Positions 48,356-58,966 of a stretch of 64,000 bases of DNA are shown one piece after another. The notes below the pieces were generated by a model. The model had not been told where the DNA came from and ran no database searches. It saw only the letters and a list, made by a program, of their open reading frames with translations. The stretch's first letter is position 1. Every line of letters starts with the position of its first letter. A program made the translations under genes and the position numbers. The DNA is taken from assembly GCA_041674765.1 (NCBI GenBank), contig JBAYVE010000001.1, positions 198,177-262,176 on the forward strand, given 5' to 3'. This DNA is from Patescibacteria group bacterium (GTDB lineage: Bacteria; Patescibacteriota; UBA1384; XYA2-FULL-43-10; 1-14-0-10-43-13).

Positions 48356-50436
48356 AAAAAAAGAAGAATCAATTAGTAATTGCAATTTCCGGAGTTTCCG
48401 GAGCAGGGAAAGGGACACTGCTCGATTTTTTGCGTGATATGAAGGAGACTTTTTGCAATGTACCTTCCTATACAACAAGAGCCAAGAGACCGGGCGAGGC
48501 AGAGGGCACAAATCGTTTTTTTATTTCCGAAGAAGAATTTGATGCGGGTATAAAGGCCGGTGAATTTATCGAATGGGAGAAAGTCCATCAATACCGCTAT
48601 GGCCGGAAAAAGAAGGACGTCGAAGCGGCGATAGAGAGCGGCAAAATCCCTTTTATGGAGATTGATGTCAAAGGCACGCAAAAGTTCAAAAAGATATTTC
48701 CCGGACTCGTCAGTATTTTTATATTGCCACCAAGTTTTGAAGAAGCAATGAAAAGAGTTCGAAACAGGGGAGCTGAATCCGAGGAGGACATTAAACTTCG
48801 AGCTTCGCGCTATGAAATGGAAACATCTTATAAAAATGCCTATGATCATATTCTGATCAATGATGATTTGAATAAAGCCAAGGCCGATCTTCTGTCGATC
48901 ATTCGCAAAGAGGAAGAGAAATTAAGAAAAAGTCAATTTGATCTGAGACATTCGATTTTGATCGGTCTGGGAGCGTTGTTTCTAACAACTTTTTTCACGG
49001 TGGCTGCGGCAGCTTCACTTCTGCTGACCGGAACGATGAGCGAGCAGACAAAGGAAAACAAAATTTTACAAACGGAGGAAGAAGCCCAAACTCCCGAGCC
49101 CGAGGTAGTCGAGGCCATTCCATCTGTAGAAGAAATATCCAAGGAAGTCGCCAAAAATCCTCCAAAACGCACAGCTCCGATAAACTCGGGGCAGACAACC
49201 ACAAATAGCGACGGAACTAAAACCACGGTTGTTTCGACCGGCGGAGGCCTCGGCGATCTGAGTGGCGTCTTATCCAGCAATGTGAGTGCTAGCACTCCAT
49301 ATGGGGTTCCCTACAGGGATGAGACTGGAGAATATTCTAATTTGGGTACTGTCTTGAAGGACTATCTAAATAACAGTCTTCGCTGGAAGAACGAGATTAC
49401 TGCCTTGAAGGAGATTGTATTGCGGAATGCCGGCAATACCGGATGGAGTGGCCAGTATCTTGGCCAATATACGGCAGATTCCAGTGGGAAGATTACAAAT
49501 GCTAGTGGTGTCATCGTTTTGAATGCCTATTATGGAAGCGGCTCCAACTTTATTGAGGATATGAAATTGGTTTTTTCCCATGAATATGGGCATCACTATA
49601 CGCTTTATCATAAATGGGTGGATTGGAGTTTGCCAAATGGTGTACGCTTTCCTGATAGCTACTATCAACTAAGAGGACTCTCCAAAACAACAACTTCAAC
49701 AGACTACTCGAAAGGATGGATCAATTGCGAATCTGAAATCATTGCCGAGGACTATTCTTACCTCTATTCCGGCTATGGCTATAGCGGAGTAGCGGATATC
49801 TATGGTCTTCCTTCCTCTGCAGTTAGAAATTGGCTGGACAAAATCGGTGATAGTTCGCTTTTGAATACTATTGTTAATCAGGCGCCAACAATTAATATAA
49901 TTTCGCCAGCTCCCGCCGCTGTACTTTCTGGTACTTTTTCATTTTCAGCTGAAGCTAGTGACGATATTGGAATTTCAAAGGTCTCTTTCTATATCGATAA
50001 CACTTTGATCCTTGAGGATACAAAGGCACCGTATGCTGTCGAGATCAATACATCAAGTTTCCAAAACGGCCAGTATAATCTTCGGGCTGTAGTTTCAGAT
50101 GGCACTTTGTCGGCTGAAAAGATTACGGCTGTCACTTTGCAAAATAATGTGGTTGATCTGGAGAAACCTGTAGTTACTATTATTTCACCTACTGAAAACC
50201 CTCAAATTCTGAAAAATGATAATTTAACTCTAAATGTTACAGCAACAGATAATAATCGGATTGATCGGATCGAACTCTATCTTGATGACGAAAAGCAAAA
50301 CAGTTGGAAGCTTGCGGATCTCTCACTACGGGTCTCATTCAAAAATTTCCCTGTTGGGAACTATACTCTAAAATTTAGAGCTTTCGATGAGGCGGGGAAT
50401 TATGGTGATGCCACACTTCAAGTAGTCAAAATTTAA
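48352..50436 (+). CDS. gmk: guanylate kinase fused to TM, zincin-like HExxH domain and two Ig-like domains
   Basis: ATGA overlap with DUF456; SGVSGAGKGT, SYTTRAKRPGE, EIDVKG, IFILPPS; TM; HEYGHH..AED; ASDDIGISKV and ATDNNRIDRI Ig repeats. Confidence 0.85.
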   Translation: MKKKKNQLVIAISGVSGAGKGTLLDFLRDMKETFCNVPSYTTRAKRPGEAEGTNRFFISEEEFDAGIKAGEFIEWEKVHQYRYGRKKKDVEAAIESGKIPFMEIDVKGTQKFKKIFPGLVSIFILPPSFEEAMKRVRNRGAESEEDIKLRASRYEMETSYKNAYDHILINDDLNKAKADLLSIIRKEEEKLRKSQFDLRHSILIGLGALFLTTFFTVAAAASLLLTGTMSEQTKENKILQTEEEAQTPEPEVVEAIPSVEEISKEVAKNPPKRTAPINSGQTTTNSDGTKTTVVSTGGGLGDLSGVLSSNVSASTPYGVPYRDETGEYSNLGTVLKDYLNNSLRWKNEITALKEIVLRNAGNTGWSGQYLGQYTADSSGKITNASGVIVLNAYYGSGSNFIEDMKLVFSHEYGHHYTLYHKWVDWSLPNGVRFPDSYYQLRGLSKTTTSTDYSKGWINCESEIIAEDYSYLYSGYGYSGVADIYGLPSSAVRNWLDKIGDSSLLNTIVNQAPTINIISPAPAAVLSGTFSFSAEASDDIGISKVSFYIDNTLILEDTKAPYAVEINTSSFQNGQYNLRAVVSDGTLSAEKITAVTLQNNVVDLEKPVVTIISPTENPQILKNDNLTLNVTATDNNRIDRIELYLDDEKQNSWKLADLSLRVSFKNFPVGNYTLKFRAFDEAGNYGDATLQVVKI

Positions 50437-50688
50437 AAGGCAAAACGAAAAAGTTAAAACTAATCTGTTCGTTCCACGAACGGACTTTATAATAGTTCAG
50501 CCACTCTGCCTGCCGGCAGGCAGAGTGGCTACCAAAGTTTTACATTTTTACTTTTAACTTTTAAGTTAATATATGCCCCGTCCTTCAAGATATCATTTTC
50601 CAATCAGGGTTTCCCTGTAAAAATAAATTATGTTAAAATCCAATCTAGAATTGCTAAATTAGCACCCTGTTGATAACATCGTATAAAA

Positions 50689-50737
50689 CCACTATATATA
50701 GTATATTTGTACTAACATTAACCACTACATATAGTGG
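50689..50737. promoter_or_regulatory. tandem NrdR boxes
   Basis: ccactatatatagtat and ccactacatatagtgg upstream of nrdD. Confidence 0.85.
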
Positions 50738-50889
50738 TTAATTTTTTTGAAATTGTTGCCATAAAATTTCAAGAATAGTAATATAGTTATTACCGAACAA
50801 AAGACGGACAGAATTTTTAGCCGGCGATTGATTCTTGGCCAGAAAATAATCAAAGGCTGGAACGATTAATAATAAGGAATGGAGGGAGA

Positions 50890-53142
50890 ATGTTCACAAA
50901 AATCCGGAAAAGAAATGGCAAACTTGTCGATTTCGATGCTGAAAAAATTGCAACAGTCATAGCCAAAGCTGGTAAAGCCGCAGGTGAGTTCGACGAAGCG
51001 GTTGCCAAAAAGCTGGCAGACAAAGTCCTGAGGGAGGCACCGGAAAAAATCAGGCGCAAAATTCCGACGGTAGAGGAGATACAAGATATCGTCGAAGACG
51101 TTTTATTGACGTCTAAATATAAAGCGACAGCGAGGGGATACGTTATCTACCGTCAGAAACACGCTGAAATGCGTGAATTAGCTGAAACTCAAAGAGTCGA
51201 TCTGATGGATCAATATTTGAAAAATCTTGACTGGCAGGTCAAGGAGAACTCCAATATGGCTTATTCGCTTCAGGGGTTAAACAATTATATTTCCTCCGAA
51301 GTTTCGAAAAGCTACTGGTTGCACAAAGTTTACACTCCAGAAGTCGCCCGTGCCAATTCTGAAGGCGATATGCATATCCATGACCTAGATAAGCTCTCGA
51401 CCTATTGTGTCGGCTGGGACCTTCAGGATCTCTTGCGCGAAGGTTTTAAGGGTGCTGAAGGCAAGATCGAGTCGAAGCCTGCAAAACATCTCAAAACTGC
51501 CTTGGGCCAGCTTGTAAATTTCTTCTACACAATGCAGGGCGAGTCAGCCGGGGCTCAGGCCGTTTCTAATTTCGATACCCTGATGGCACCATATATTCGC
51601 TATGATAAGCTCTCGGTCAAAGAGGTCAAACAGAGTTTGCAGGAATTCATGTTCAATATGAATGTGCCAACGAGAGTTGGTTTTCAGACACCTTTTACTA
51701 ATGTGACGATGGATTTGATTTGCCCGAGCACTTTGGCTGACGAACCGGTTATCTCGGGGGGGCAACCTCAAAAGGAGACCTATAAAGAGTTCCAAAAAGA
51801 GATGAATATTTTCAACGAAGCCTTTACTGAAGTTATCTCTGAGGGCGACGCCAGAGGCCGTGTTTTTACTTTCCCGATCCCTACTTACAACATCACCAAG
51901 GATTTTGACTGGAGCAACAAAGAAATCGACGGGGTTTGGAAGATGACCGCTAAATATGGAATTCCTTATTTCTCAAACTTTGTAAATTCCGATATGAGTC
52001 CTGAAGATGCCCGAAGCATGTGTTGCCGTCTCCGTCTGGATAATCGCGAGCTTCGGAAACGCGGCGGCGGACTATTCGGCGCAAATCCGCTGACTGGTTC
52101 TGTCGGCGTGGTAACAATCAATTTACCCAGACTCGGTTACCGTTCAAGGGACAAAAGAGAATTCCTCTACAATCTTTCCTATGTCATGGATCTGGCCAAA
52201 GAGAGTCTCGAAATGAAGCGTAAAGTTTTGGAGAATATGACCGAAGCCGGACTCTATCCTTACACCAAATTCTATCTGCGCAATATTAAAAAGAGAGACG
52301 ATCGTTATTGGGGCAACCATTTCTCGACCATCGGCCTCTTGGGTATGAATGAAGCTTGTCTGAACCTTTTCGGCCGTGATGTTACAACGGCAGAAGGTCA
52401 GCAGTTTGCCAGAGAAGTGCTCGAATTTATGCGCGAGAGAATGGCTGTTTACCAAAATGAAACCGGTAATTATTACAACTTGGAAGCAACTCCGGCCGAA
52501 GGCACCTCCTTCCGTTTGGCGTTAAAAGACAAAGAGAGATATCCGGACATTATGGTCGCCAATGAAGGACAATATCAAGATCAAAAAGTCTCTCCATATT
52601 ATACCAATTCATCCCACGTCCCCGTTGATTTTACGGATGATGCCTTCGAACTGCTTGATCTCCAAGATGATCTACAGACAAAATATACCGGCGGTACGGT
52701 GGTCCATCTCTTTGTCGGAGAAGAAATAAAGGATACTACGGCAGTCAAAAACTTTGTTCGGACAGTTTGTGAAAATTATCATCTACCATACTTCACGATC
52801 ACTCCGACCTTCTCTATCTGCCCAAACCACGGTTATATCGCCGGCAAGGTGATGACCTGTGAAAAGTGTGGTGCCGCGAACGAAGTTTACTCACGAATAG
52901 TTGGTTATATCCGCCCTATTCAGCAGTGGAATGCCGGCAAACGGGCCGAATTTGATGACCGCCAGACTTACCATATTGAGGTTAAGAAGAACAAAGAAGA
53001 AGAAAGCGCAACTGAAGAATTATCATTTGTTGATCAGATCAAAGATAAAGCGGACGAGATCAAGGAGAAAATTGCCGATGTTGTGATAGAGCCGGCTTTA
53101 GCGGAGGTGGGAGCAGACTCGGAACAAGCAGCACTGGTATAG
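50890..53142 (+). CDS. nrdD: anaerobic (class III) ribonucleoside-triphosphate reductase with ATP cone
   Basis: ATP cone, HIHDL, SMCCRL, ATPAEG, CxxH..CxxC, glycyl-radical YSRIVGY. Confidence 0.96.
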   Translation: MFTKIRKRNGKLVDFDAEKIATVIAKAGKAAGEFDEAVAKKLADKVLREAPEKIRRKIPTVEEIQDIVEDVLLTSKYKATARGYVIYRQKHAEMRELAETQRVDLMDQYLKNLDWQVKENSNMAYSLQGLNNYISSEVSKSYWLHKVYTPEVARANSEGDMHIHDLDKLSTYCVGWDLQDLLREGFKGAEGKIESKPAKHLKTALGQLVNFFYTMQGESAGAQAVSNFDTLMAPYIRYDKLSVKEVKQSLQEFMFNMNVPTRVGFQTPFTNVTMDLICPSTLADEPVISGGQPQKETYKEFQKEMNIFNEAFTEVISEGDARGRVFTFPIPTYNITKDFDWSNKEIDGVWKMTAKYGIPYFSNFVNSDMSPEDARSMCCRLRLDNRELRKRGGGLFGANPLTGSVGVVTINLPRLGYRSRDKREFLYNLSYVMDLAKESLEMKRKVLENMTEAGLYPYTKFYLRNIKKRDDRYWGNHFSTIGLLGMNEACLNLFGRDVTTAEGQQFAREVLEFMRERMAVYQNETGNYYNLEATPAEGTSFRLALKDKERYPDIMVANEGQYQDQKVSPYYTNSSHVPVDFTDDAFELLDLQDDLQTKYTGGTVVHLFVGEEIKDTTAVKNFVRTVCENYHLPYFTITPTFSICPNHGYIAGKVMTCEKCGAANEVYSRIVGYIRPIQQWNAGKRAEFDDRQTYHIEVKKNKEEESATEELSFVDQIKDKADEIKEKIADVVIEPALAEVGADSEQAALV

Positions 53143-53266
53143 GCGGGAACACCCAAATCTCAAGTACCAAATAACAAATAAATTCCAATGCCCAAAAATA
53201 AAATATTGGAATTTGATGATTTTAAGATTTATTTGGTACTTGTTATTTGTAATTTATTATTTAACT

Positions 53267-54028
53267 ATGAACATCGCAGGTATCCAAAAACTTACTCTGG
53301 TGGACTTTCCCGGTCATGTGGCAGCGACGGTTTTTACTAGAGGCTGTACTTTTCGCTGTCCTTTCTGCCACAATCCTGAGCTGGTTGTACCGGAACAATT
53401 TAGTCCTCTTCTATCCGAAAAACAGATTTTTGATTTCTTAGAGTCGCGCTACGGGAAATTGACTGGAATATGCCTGACCGGTGGTGAACCGACCATGCAA
53501 AAGGATTGCGACCAGTTCATCTCCCATATGAAGGCGCTTGGCTTTGATATGAAATTAGATACCAACGGCTCGAATCCAAAGATGCTGGAGAAAATCATCA
53601 AGGATGGTGATGTCGACTATATCGCCATGGACATCAAGGGAACACTTGAAAAGTATCCCCAAATTATCAATTATCAATTATCAATTATCAATAATGGAAT
53701 TGGCAATTTAGAGATTGAAAAATTAAGTGAAAATTGGAAATTGAAAAATGAAAATTTAATATCGAACATTCAAAAATCCATCAAATTGATCATGTCATCG
53801 GGAATTGACTATGAATTTCGGACCACGATTTGCCATCCCATTCATGAAGTCGAGGATTTCTACGGCATAGGGGAATTGATCAAAGGTGCCAAGCGCTATT
53901 TTATACAACAATTTGTCAAGTCAAAACATGTCGATGCTCACCAGAACTTTGAGCCGTTTACTGACTCTGAGATCGCAAAATCTCTCGATATTATACAACA
54001 ATTTGTCAAGTCGGCAGAGGTAAGATAG
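53267..54028 (+). CDS. nrdG: anaerobic RNR activating radical SAM protein with in-frame repeat insertion
   Basis: GCTFRCPFCHNP, TGGEP, KLDTNG, YEFRTT. Confidence 0.93.
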   Translation: MNIAGIQKLTLVDFPGHVAATVFTRGCTFRCPFCHNPELVVPEQFSPLLSEKQIFDFLESRYGKLTGICLTGGEPTMQKDCDQFISHMKALGFDMKLDTNGSNPKMLEKIIKDGDVDYIAMDIKGTLEKYPQIINYQLSIINNGIGNLEIEKLSENWKLKNENLISNIQKSIKLIMSSGIDYEFRTTICHPIHEVEDFYGIGELIKGAKRYFIQQFVKSKHVDAHQNFEPFTDSEIAKSLDIIQQFVKSAEVR

Positions 54029-54087
54029 AGAAACGATTATAATAATTATCCAGATCTAAAGTACTAGAATCACCAACCTTCTAAGCC

Positions 54088-54711
54088 ATGGCTAAGGTAT
54101 TGCCAAGAGGGCCGTTTTGTTGTATCATGAGCCCAGCAATGATACCGGAAAGGATGGGCAAGCTCATGAGAAGTAGAGCATATAGGATTTCTCTGCGGGA
54201 ATGGTTGATGCTTTTCCTATTATCGATCATTTTGCCAAAGAAGGAAATTCATCAGCATGACAGCAATGAAAATATTCCAGACGAGGTGAAAAGAACGATT
54301 GCGTATCTCCTGACGCCATGGCGGGAAGACGCCTTGATGCAGATGGAAGCCAGCCTTGTCTTTGCGCTTGACAAGGAGCTTGACCGGCTTCAAAGCCTCT
54401 TGGAAAGGACTTCATATTGCCTTTTTGGGATCAAAGATCTCCGGCTACTGGCGCAAAGAAGTCGTTCTGACGGTAATGTCGAAATCGCTCTGCTCGAGAA
54501 GAGACGGCAGCTTGCCGAGGTCTATCTGACAAACTTCTATCCGGCAGAACCTTCCTTTGAACAGGTGAGATTCTTCAGATCCTGCTTTCTCTATCTAGCC
54601 AAGAAGGCGAGGATGGAAGAGCAGGAAGTGGAGTCTCGGGTCAACATGATGATCCGTTTCCATGCGGAAATCATCTACCAGCGAATAATAGGGTTGGCCA
54701 TTGGAGACTAG
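54088..54711 (+). CDS. hypothetical protein (start uncertain)
   Basis: Long ORF followed by hairpin + T tract 54730-54766. Confidence 0.6.
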   Translation: MAKVLPRGPFCCIMSPAMIPERMGKLMRSRAYRISLREWLMLFLLSIILPKKEIHQHDSNENIPDEVKRTIAYLLTPWREDALMQMEASLVFALDKELDRLQSLLERTSYCLFGIKDLRLLAQRSRSDGNVEIALLEKRRQLAEVYLTNFYPAEPSFEQVRFFRSCFLYLAKKARMEEQEVESRVNMMIRFHAEIIYQRIIGLAIGD

Positions 54712-54818
54712 CGGAAACCTGATCATGTCTGGGCGCGGGAAAGGATTCCCAAGCCCAGTTTTTTTTATAAAAAAAGGATACGGCCGGGGTACCGTATCCA
54801 AGGGAAATGTGGGGAGGG

Positions 54819-55058
54819 CTAAAGAAAGCTCTCATTCACCACTTCGCCGGTAATCTCAGCTACTCCGGCCCTTCGGCCGGTAAAACCATGCTGTCCACAG
54901 TAGCCTGCCACCGCCTGAGGGATGGGGGTCGTATCAGCCGGACCTTCGGAGAGGAACGGTAGCGGCGGTCCTTCCAGTGTCGAACTCTGTTGTCGACTTG
55001 GCCCGTCAGGAATAGGACTGTTACCGTCTTGGACCTGCTTACCAAGCTCTATTGTCAT
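54819..55058 (-). CDS. small hypothetical protein
   Basis: RBS aggagg; hairpin downstream. Confidence 0.5.
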   Translation of the reverse strand: MTIELGKQVQDGNSPIPDGPSRQQSSTLEGPPLPFLSEGPADTTPIPQAVAGYCGQHGFTGRRAGVAEITGEVVNESFL

Positions 55059-55144
55059 ATTCTACCTCCTACGCCATATTGGCGAAGTACTCGGATAAAA
55101 TGATAAATCAACGCTATCTCAAAATCACCTTTTAGTCAATCCGT

Positions 55145-56317
55145 ATGATTTTTGCAAAAAAGATAATAATCAAATACCATGAATTTATGAACGGTATTAT
55201 TTATGATACTCTTTACGGCAAAATCCCTTACACAGATCTTGATCTGAAAATTTTTGCATCGCCTGAAATGGCTCGGTTGAGGCGGGTTTCGCTTTCGACT
55301 GTGCCAAATTGGTGTTCGGCCAGCGGTGCCTGTTGTAGCCGTTTTGAGCACAGCATAGGTGCATGGCATTTGGCAAAGCTTGTTGCCAGGAAACCGGAGT
55401 TTGCGAATATCGCTAAAGATATTGAGTTTGCTGGCCTCTTTCATGATGCCGGCTCGCCGCCATTTTCGCATGGCGCTGACCATTTTCAGAAAAAAATACT
55501 TGGTAAAAAGCACGATGAAATTGTAGCCGATCTAATCATGGGCTCAGCGTTAGGGAAGGAGATTGAAAGCCAGGGAGGCAATCCTGAAGTTATCTCTAAA
55601 TTAATCTCAGGCACGTTTCCGCCGTTCTCAGATCTCATCAATAACTCGATTGATTTGGATAATCTTGATAATACCCTCCGTTTTGGCCTCTCGATGGGGA
55701 TATTCAAGAAGCGCTATTACAATCCGCTCAGGATCGCTGACAATTTTTACCTAAAATCAGGAGAACTAGCTCTAAGAAGTTCAAAGAATATCAGGGAATG
55801 GGAAAATTGCCGGGAGATTGTGTATGACTTCATTAATAATAAATATCCCGAGGGCATGATTTACCGTGCGATGCATTTAGCTTATCGAGCCGGTGATTTG
55901 ACAAAAGACTTTTTTCGGCTGGATGACTTCCAAGCGACAGCATTTCTAAAAAAGTGTAACCCGGGGACAAAACGGATTATTGAACGGCTGGAATCATGGG
56001 ACTTTGACAAAGTCATATTTAGCCAGAATTTTCTGAGCTTAGACAAAATCGAGCCTAGAATGATAGATGATCCTGATTATCGCTTCATTCTTGCAGATAG
56101 GATTAGTTCTGAATTCAAGATTCCGCCGGAAGATATTTCCTGCCTCGCTGGAAAGAATAAAGGCTTCAAACAAATTCATCTGCCAATTGGCAGAGAATTT
56201 CATCAACCGCAGACCAAGCCATCGTGGCGGCTTCGGATTGATGTGAATAAAAAATGGCTATATCTCAAAAAAGAGATAAATCATTTCGTGAAACAGAGGC
56301 TGACAAATGGAAATTGA
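55145..56317 (+). CDS. HD-domain phosphohydrolase (dNTPase/SAMHD1-like)
   Basis: RLRRV, SRFEHSIG, LFHDAGSPPFSH, IDLDNLD. Confidence 0.88.
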   Translation: MIFAKKIIIKYHEFMNGIIYDTLYGKIPYTDLDLKIFASPEMARLRRVSLSTVPNWCSASGACCSRFEHSIGAWHLAKLVARKPEFANIAKDIEFAGLFHDAGSPPFSHGADHFQKKILGKKHDEIVADLIMGSALGKEIESQGGNPEVISKLISGTFPPFSDLINNSIDLDNLDNTLRFGLSMGIFKKRYYNPLRIADNFYLKSGELALRSSKNIREWENCREIVYDFINNKYPEGMIYRAMHLAYRAGDLTKDFFRLDDFQATAFLKKCNPGTKRIIERLESWDFDKVIFSQNFLSLDKIEPRMIDDPDYRFILADRISSEFKIPPEDISCLAGKNKGFKQIHLPIGREFHQPQTKPSWRLRIDVNKKWLYLKKEINHFVKQRLTNGN

Positions 56318-56843
56318 AGGTGAAAAAATAATAATCAGACAAAATAATCTTTCCGAATTCAATTACAACTTTATTCTTCGCTGGCTGACAGATCCGGAGG
56401 TGATGAAGTATGTCGGCTATTTTAGACGGACCTTTTTCTTTAAAAGCAAAGAGCAAGCCCGTGAATTTTTCGAGGCGCTAGAAGATGGTGTCTTTTTTGG
56501 TATTTATTTAAAGAATAGCGATGAGCTGATTGGCTATGCTACTCTTTCAAACTTCAATCCTGAGAAAAAGGAGTGTAAATTCGGTATAGTGATTGGCGAA
56601 AAGAGGTATTGGGGGCAGGGAGCTGGTAGCGAGGTAGCCCTGCTGGTGGCCGGTTATGCTTTTATTAAGTTAAAACAAGACAAAGTAACCTTGACTTGTG
56701 CTGAGGCCAATAGAGCCGCCATAAAGGCTTATGAAAATGCCGGCTTTGAAGTTGTACAGAGAATCCCCAAGGAGAGGACTATTTTTCTGAATGGGCGCTG
56801 GCAACTACACGGCACGATCAAAATGTCCAAGGATAAAAAATAG
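56307..56843 (+). CDS. GNAT N-acetyltransferase (RimJ/RimL-like)
   Basis: IGEKRYWGQGAG, NRAAIKAYENAGF. Confidence 0.9.
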   Translation: MEIEGEKIIIRQNNLSEFNYNFILRWLTDPEVMKYVGYFRRTFFFKSKEQAREFFEALEDGVFFGIYLKNSDELIGYATLSNFNPEKKECKFGIVIGEKRYWGQGAGSEVALLVAGYAFIKLKQDKVTLTCAEANRAAIKAYENAGFEVVQRIPKERTIFLNGRWQLHGTIKMSKDKK

Positions 56844-56883
56844 GCAAGGATCCTTCGGGGGGAGGATACCTTGCCACGGACGG

Positions 56884-57483
56884 TTAGATGGATTTACTGG
56901 CGACGATTTCATCAACCCTTCGCTCGAAGGATCTAATGGTTGATTCGCCATACATAGTCATGGCTATAAGGAAAGTATCATCATCCTCTACGCAGCCATA
57001 GCTTTCATAGCTCCAGATCTGTATCATCACCAGGTTCGACAGTATGAATCCGACCAGTCTCTTTACGTCGGTTTCGGTATTGCCGAGTATGGTGTTTTTG
57101 GACTCTGCCGTCCAGAAGATCAGCGCATTGTAGGCACTCCACCACCTGGCCTGCATACTGACTCGGATCAAATGTTCTTTGATGGCCTCCTGCCCTGGCG
57201 GCAGATTCAGAACTTCGCTCATCGAGGAAATCGGCGGGAAATCTTTCGGTGCAAAATGGTCTATCATTTGCTCCATAATTTCCCACAACTCGGTTGAGCT
57301 GATCGAAGTAGTAGCCAACCTTTTGCCCAAGAATTCATCCATGAAATCCTGGCAGGGACATAAAATGAAGGCTCGAGTTAGAGTCAGATCGTCTTCCTTC
57401 GAAAACTCGTCATACTCAAATCCGGCGTCGGGCCCCCATCTCTCGAAGATCCACTCCGAAAATAAATAAGGATCGATAAGCAT
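56884..57483 (-). CDS. hypothetical protein
   Basis: RBS ggaggtg, 199 aa. Confidence 0.7.
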   Translation of the reverse strand: MLIDPYLFSEWIFERWGPDAGFEYDEFSKEDDLTLTRAFILCPCQDFMDEFLGKRLATTSISSTELWEIMEQMIDHFAPKDFPPISSMSEVLNLPPGQEAIKEHLIRVSMQARWWSAYNALIFWTAESKNTILGNTETDVKRLVGFILSNLVMIQIWSYESYGCVEDDDTFLIAMTMYGESTIRSFERRVDEIVASKSI

Positions 57484-57620
57484 TTTTCACCTCCAGGATT
57501 CGCGTCAGACAATCCTAGCCCAAAATCATAACTTTTTCAACCGTTTGATGTATCGCCCTTTTTAAAATTTCTAGACTGCCCATGCTTGCCAAGATGAGAA
57601 TATAATAATACTATAAATCC

Positions 57621-58199
57621 ATGACGTTAATTGCCAAAGCAAAAGATTTTTTTCTTCAAACTATCAAAGCAGCAGGACATGACAAATATGGCCTGGTTGC
57701 CCATACGGCCGAGATGGAAAAATGGGTATACCGGTTGAAGGAAATGCATCCGGAGGCCGACCTCGAAATTATCCTACTGACGGTTTGGTTCCATGATATT
57801 TCTCTCTATTTAGGAGAAGAGAAAGATGACCATGCAGTAAAGTCAGAACGGATTGCCAGAGTTTTTCTGGAAAAAGCAAATTATCCCAAGAATAAAGTTG
57901 ACCAGGTTTGCCACTGTGTCAGGGCCCACCGGAATCGTGACATTGCCCCTCTGACGCTCGAGGCGAAAATTATTGCCTGTACTGATTCGGCAAGTCATAT
58001 GACCGGAGAGATGTATGTTTCTATCGCCATGGCAGGCAAATTTGATTTTTTGGAAGGGAAAATAGACCGTGATTATAGAGATATTGGTGTCTTTCCTGAA
58101 CTACAGCAAAAAATAAAGCCCCTATACGATAATTGGAAAGAGTTTGTATCAATCTATCGCTCTCTCAATATTGTGCCGGAAAAAGAGTACAATAACTAA
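57621..58199 (+). CDS. HD-domain protein
   Basis: H..WFHDI..DHA..H..D motifs. Confidence 0.85.
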   Translation: MTLIAKAKDFFLQTIKAAGHDKYGLVAHTAEMEKWVYRLKEMHPEADLEIILLTVWFHDISLYLGEEKDDHAVKSERIARVFLEKANYPKNKVDQVCHCVRAHRNRDIAPLTLEAKIIACTDSASHMTGEMYVSIAMAGKFDFLEGKIDRDYRDIGVFPELQQKIKPLYDNWKEFVSIYRSLNIVPEKEYNN

Positions 58200-58226
58200 G
58201 AAAGCTAGTGCTTTGGGGGTTTTCCG

Positions 58227-58433
58227 ATGCTGCTCTTCTTTAGTATGACAGCGATTTCTGTTTTTTTAGTGATTGTCTGGATAGGCGACGTACGAGGAAA
58301 CAATGCTCAAGTCATTGTCTACCTCCTCTACGCAGTACCAAACCTTTTGGCTGCAATTTTCATCAGCCTTCCAGAAATCATTAAAATTACCAGACGTATC
58401 CGTTCTGTCCGCCGCCGGAGCTCCTCACCATGA
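58227..58433 (+). CDS. small two-TM protein
   Basis: Hydrophobic 68 aa. Confidence 0.45.
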   Translation: MLLFFSMTAISVFLVIVWIGDVRGNNAQVIVYLLYAVPNLLAAIFISLPEIIKITRRIRSVRRRSSSP

Positions 58434-58582
58434 GGTAGGTGAAGAGCTCCTTTTTTAGTACAAAAACGAAAAATAGTTTTTTTGTTGGGTTTTCAGCCAA
58501 AACGAGCTTTGTTCGGTAGACCGAAAAATAATTAGAGGGCGGCATTCCGCTGGGAAATGCCTCCCTCAAAGCGTTTTACGGC

Positions 58583-58966
58583 CTACGCGACCTTTTTATG
58601 GCCGGGTATGACTTCGATTTGGTAGTCGTGCTCGCTTGAAGCGAGCTGCCAGGAAATAGTCCGGCAGGTTTCCCGGCCTGCTTCGGCAGGCGTTTCTAAT
58701 CTGAGAAACATTATCAGCAGATCCATCGTACGTTCACTGATCAGGATAGGTGTGACCTTGCAGACGATACTGGTTATCTTTTCCTGCAGTCTAACCTCCG
58801 GAGCTTCTATACAGTTGAGATAAAGCAACTGTCCGTTTGTTTGTACCCTGACGTTTATGCCCTTGGCAGGCATCTCTTCCAATCCCCCGATATTGGCGAG
58901 GACGTGCAGGAAAAGCTGTCTGGCATTTACAAGCGCTCCAATGCCAGCCTCGGTGAGTAGAACCAT
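58583..58966 (-). CDS. hypothetical protein
   Basis: RBS aggaggg; hairpin 58535-58567 downstream. Confidence 0.65.
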   Translation of the reverse strand: MVLLTEAGIGALVNARQLFLHVLANIGGLEEMPAKGINVRVQTNGQLLYLNCIEAPEVRLQEKITSIVCKVTPILISERTMDLLIMFLRLETPAEAGRETCRTISWQLASSEHDYQIEVIPGHKKVA

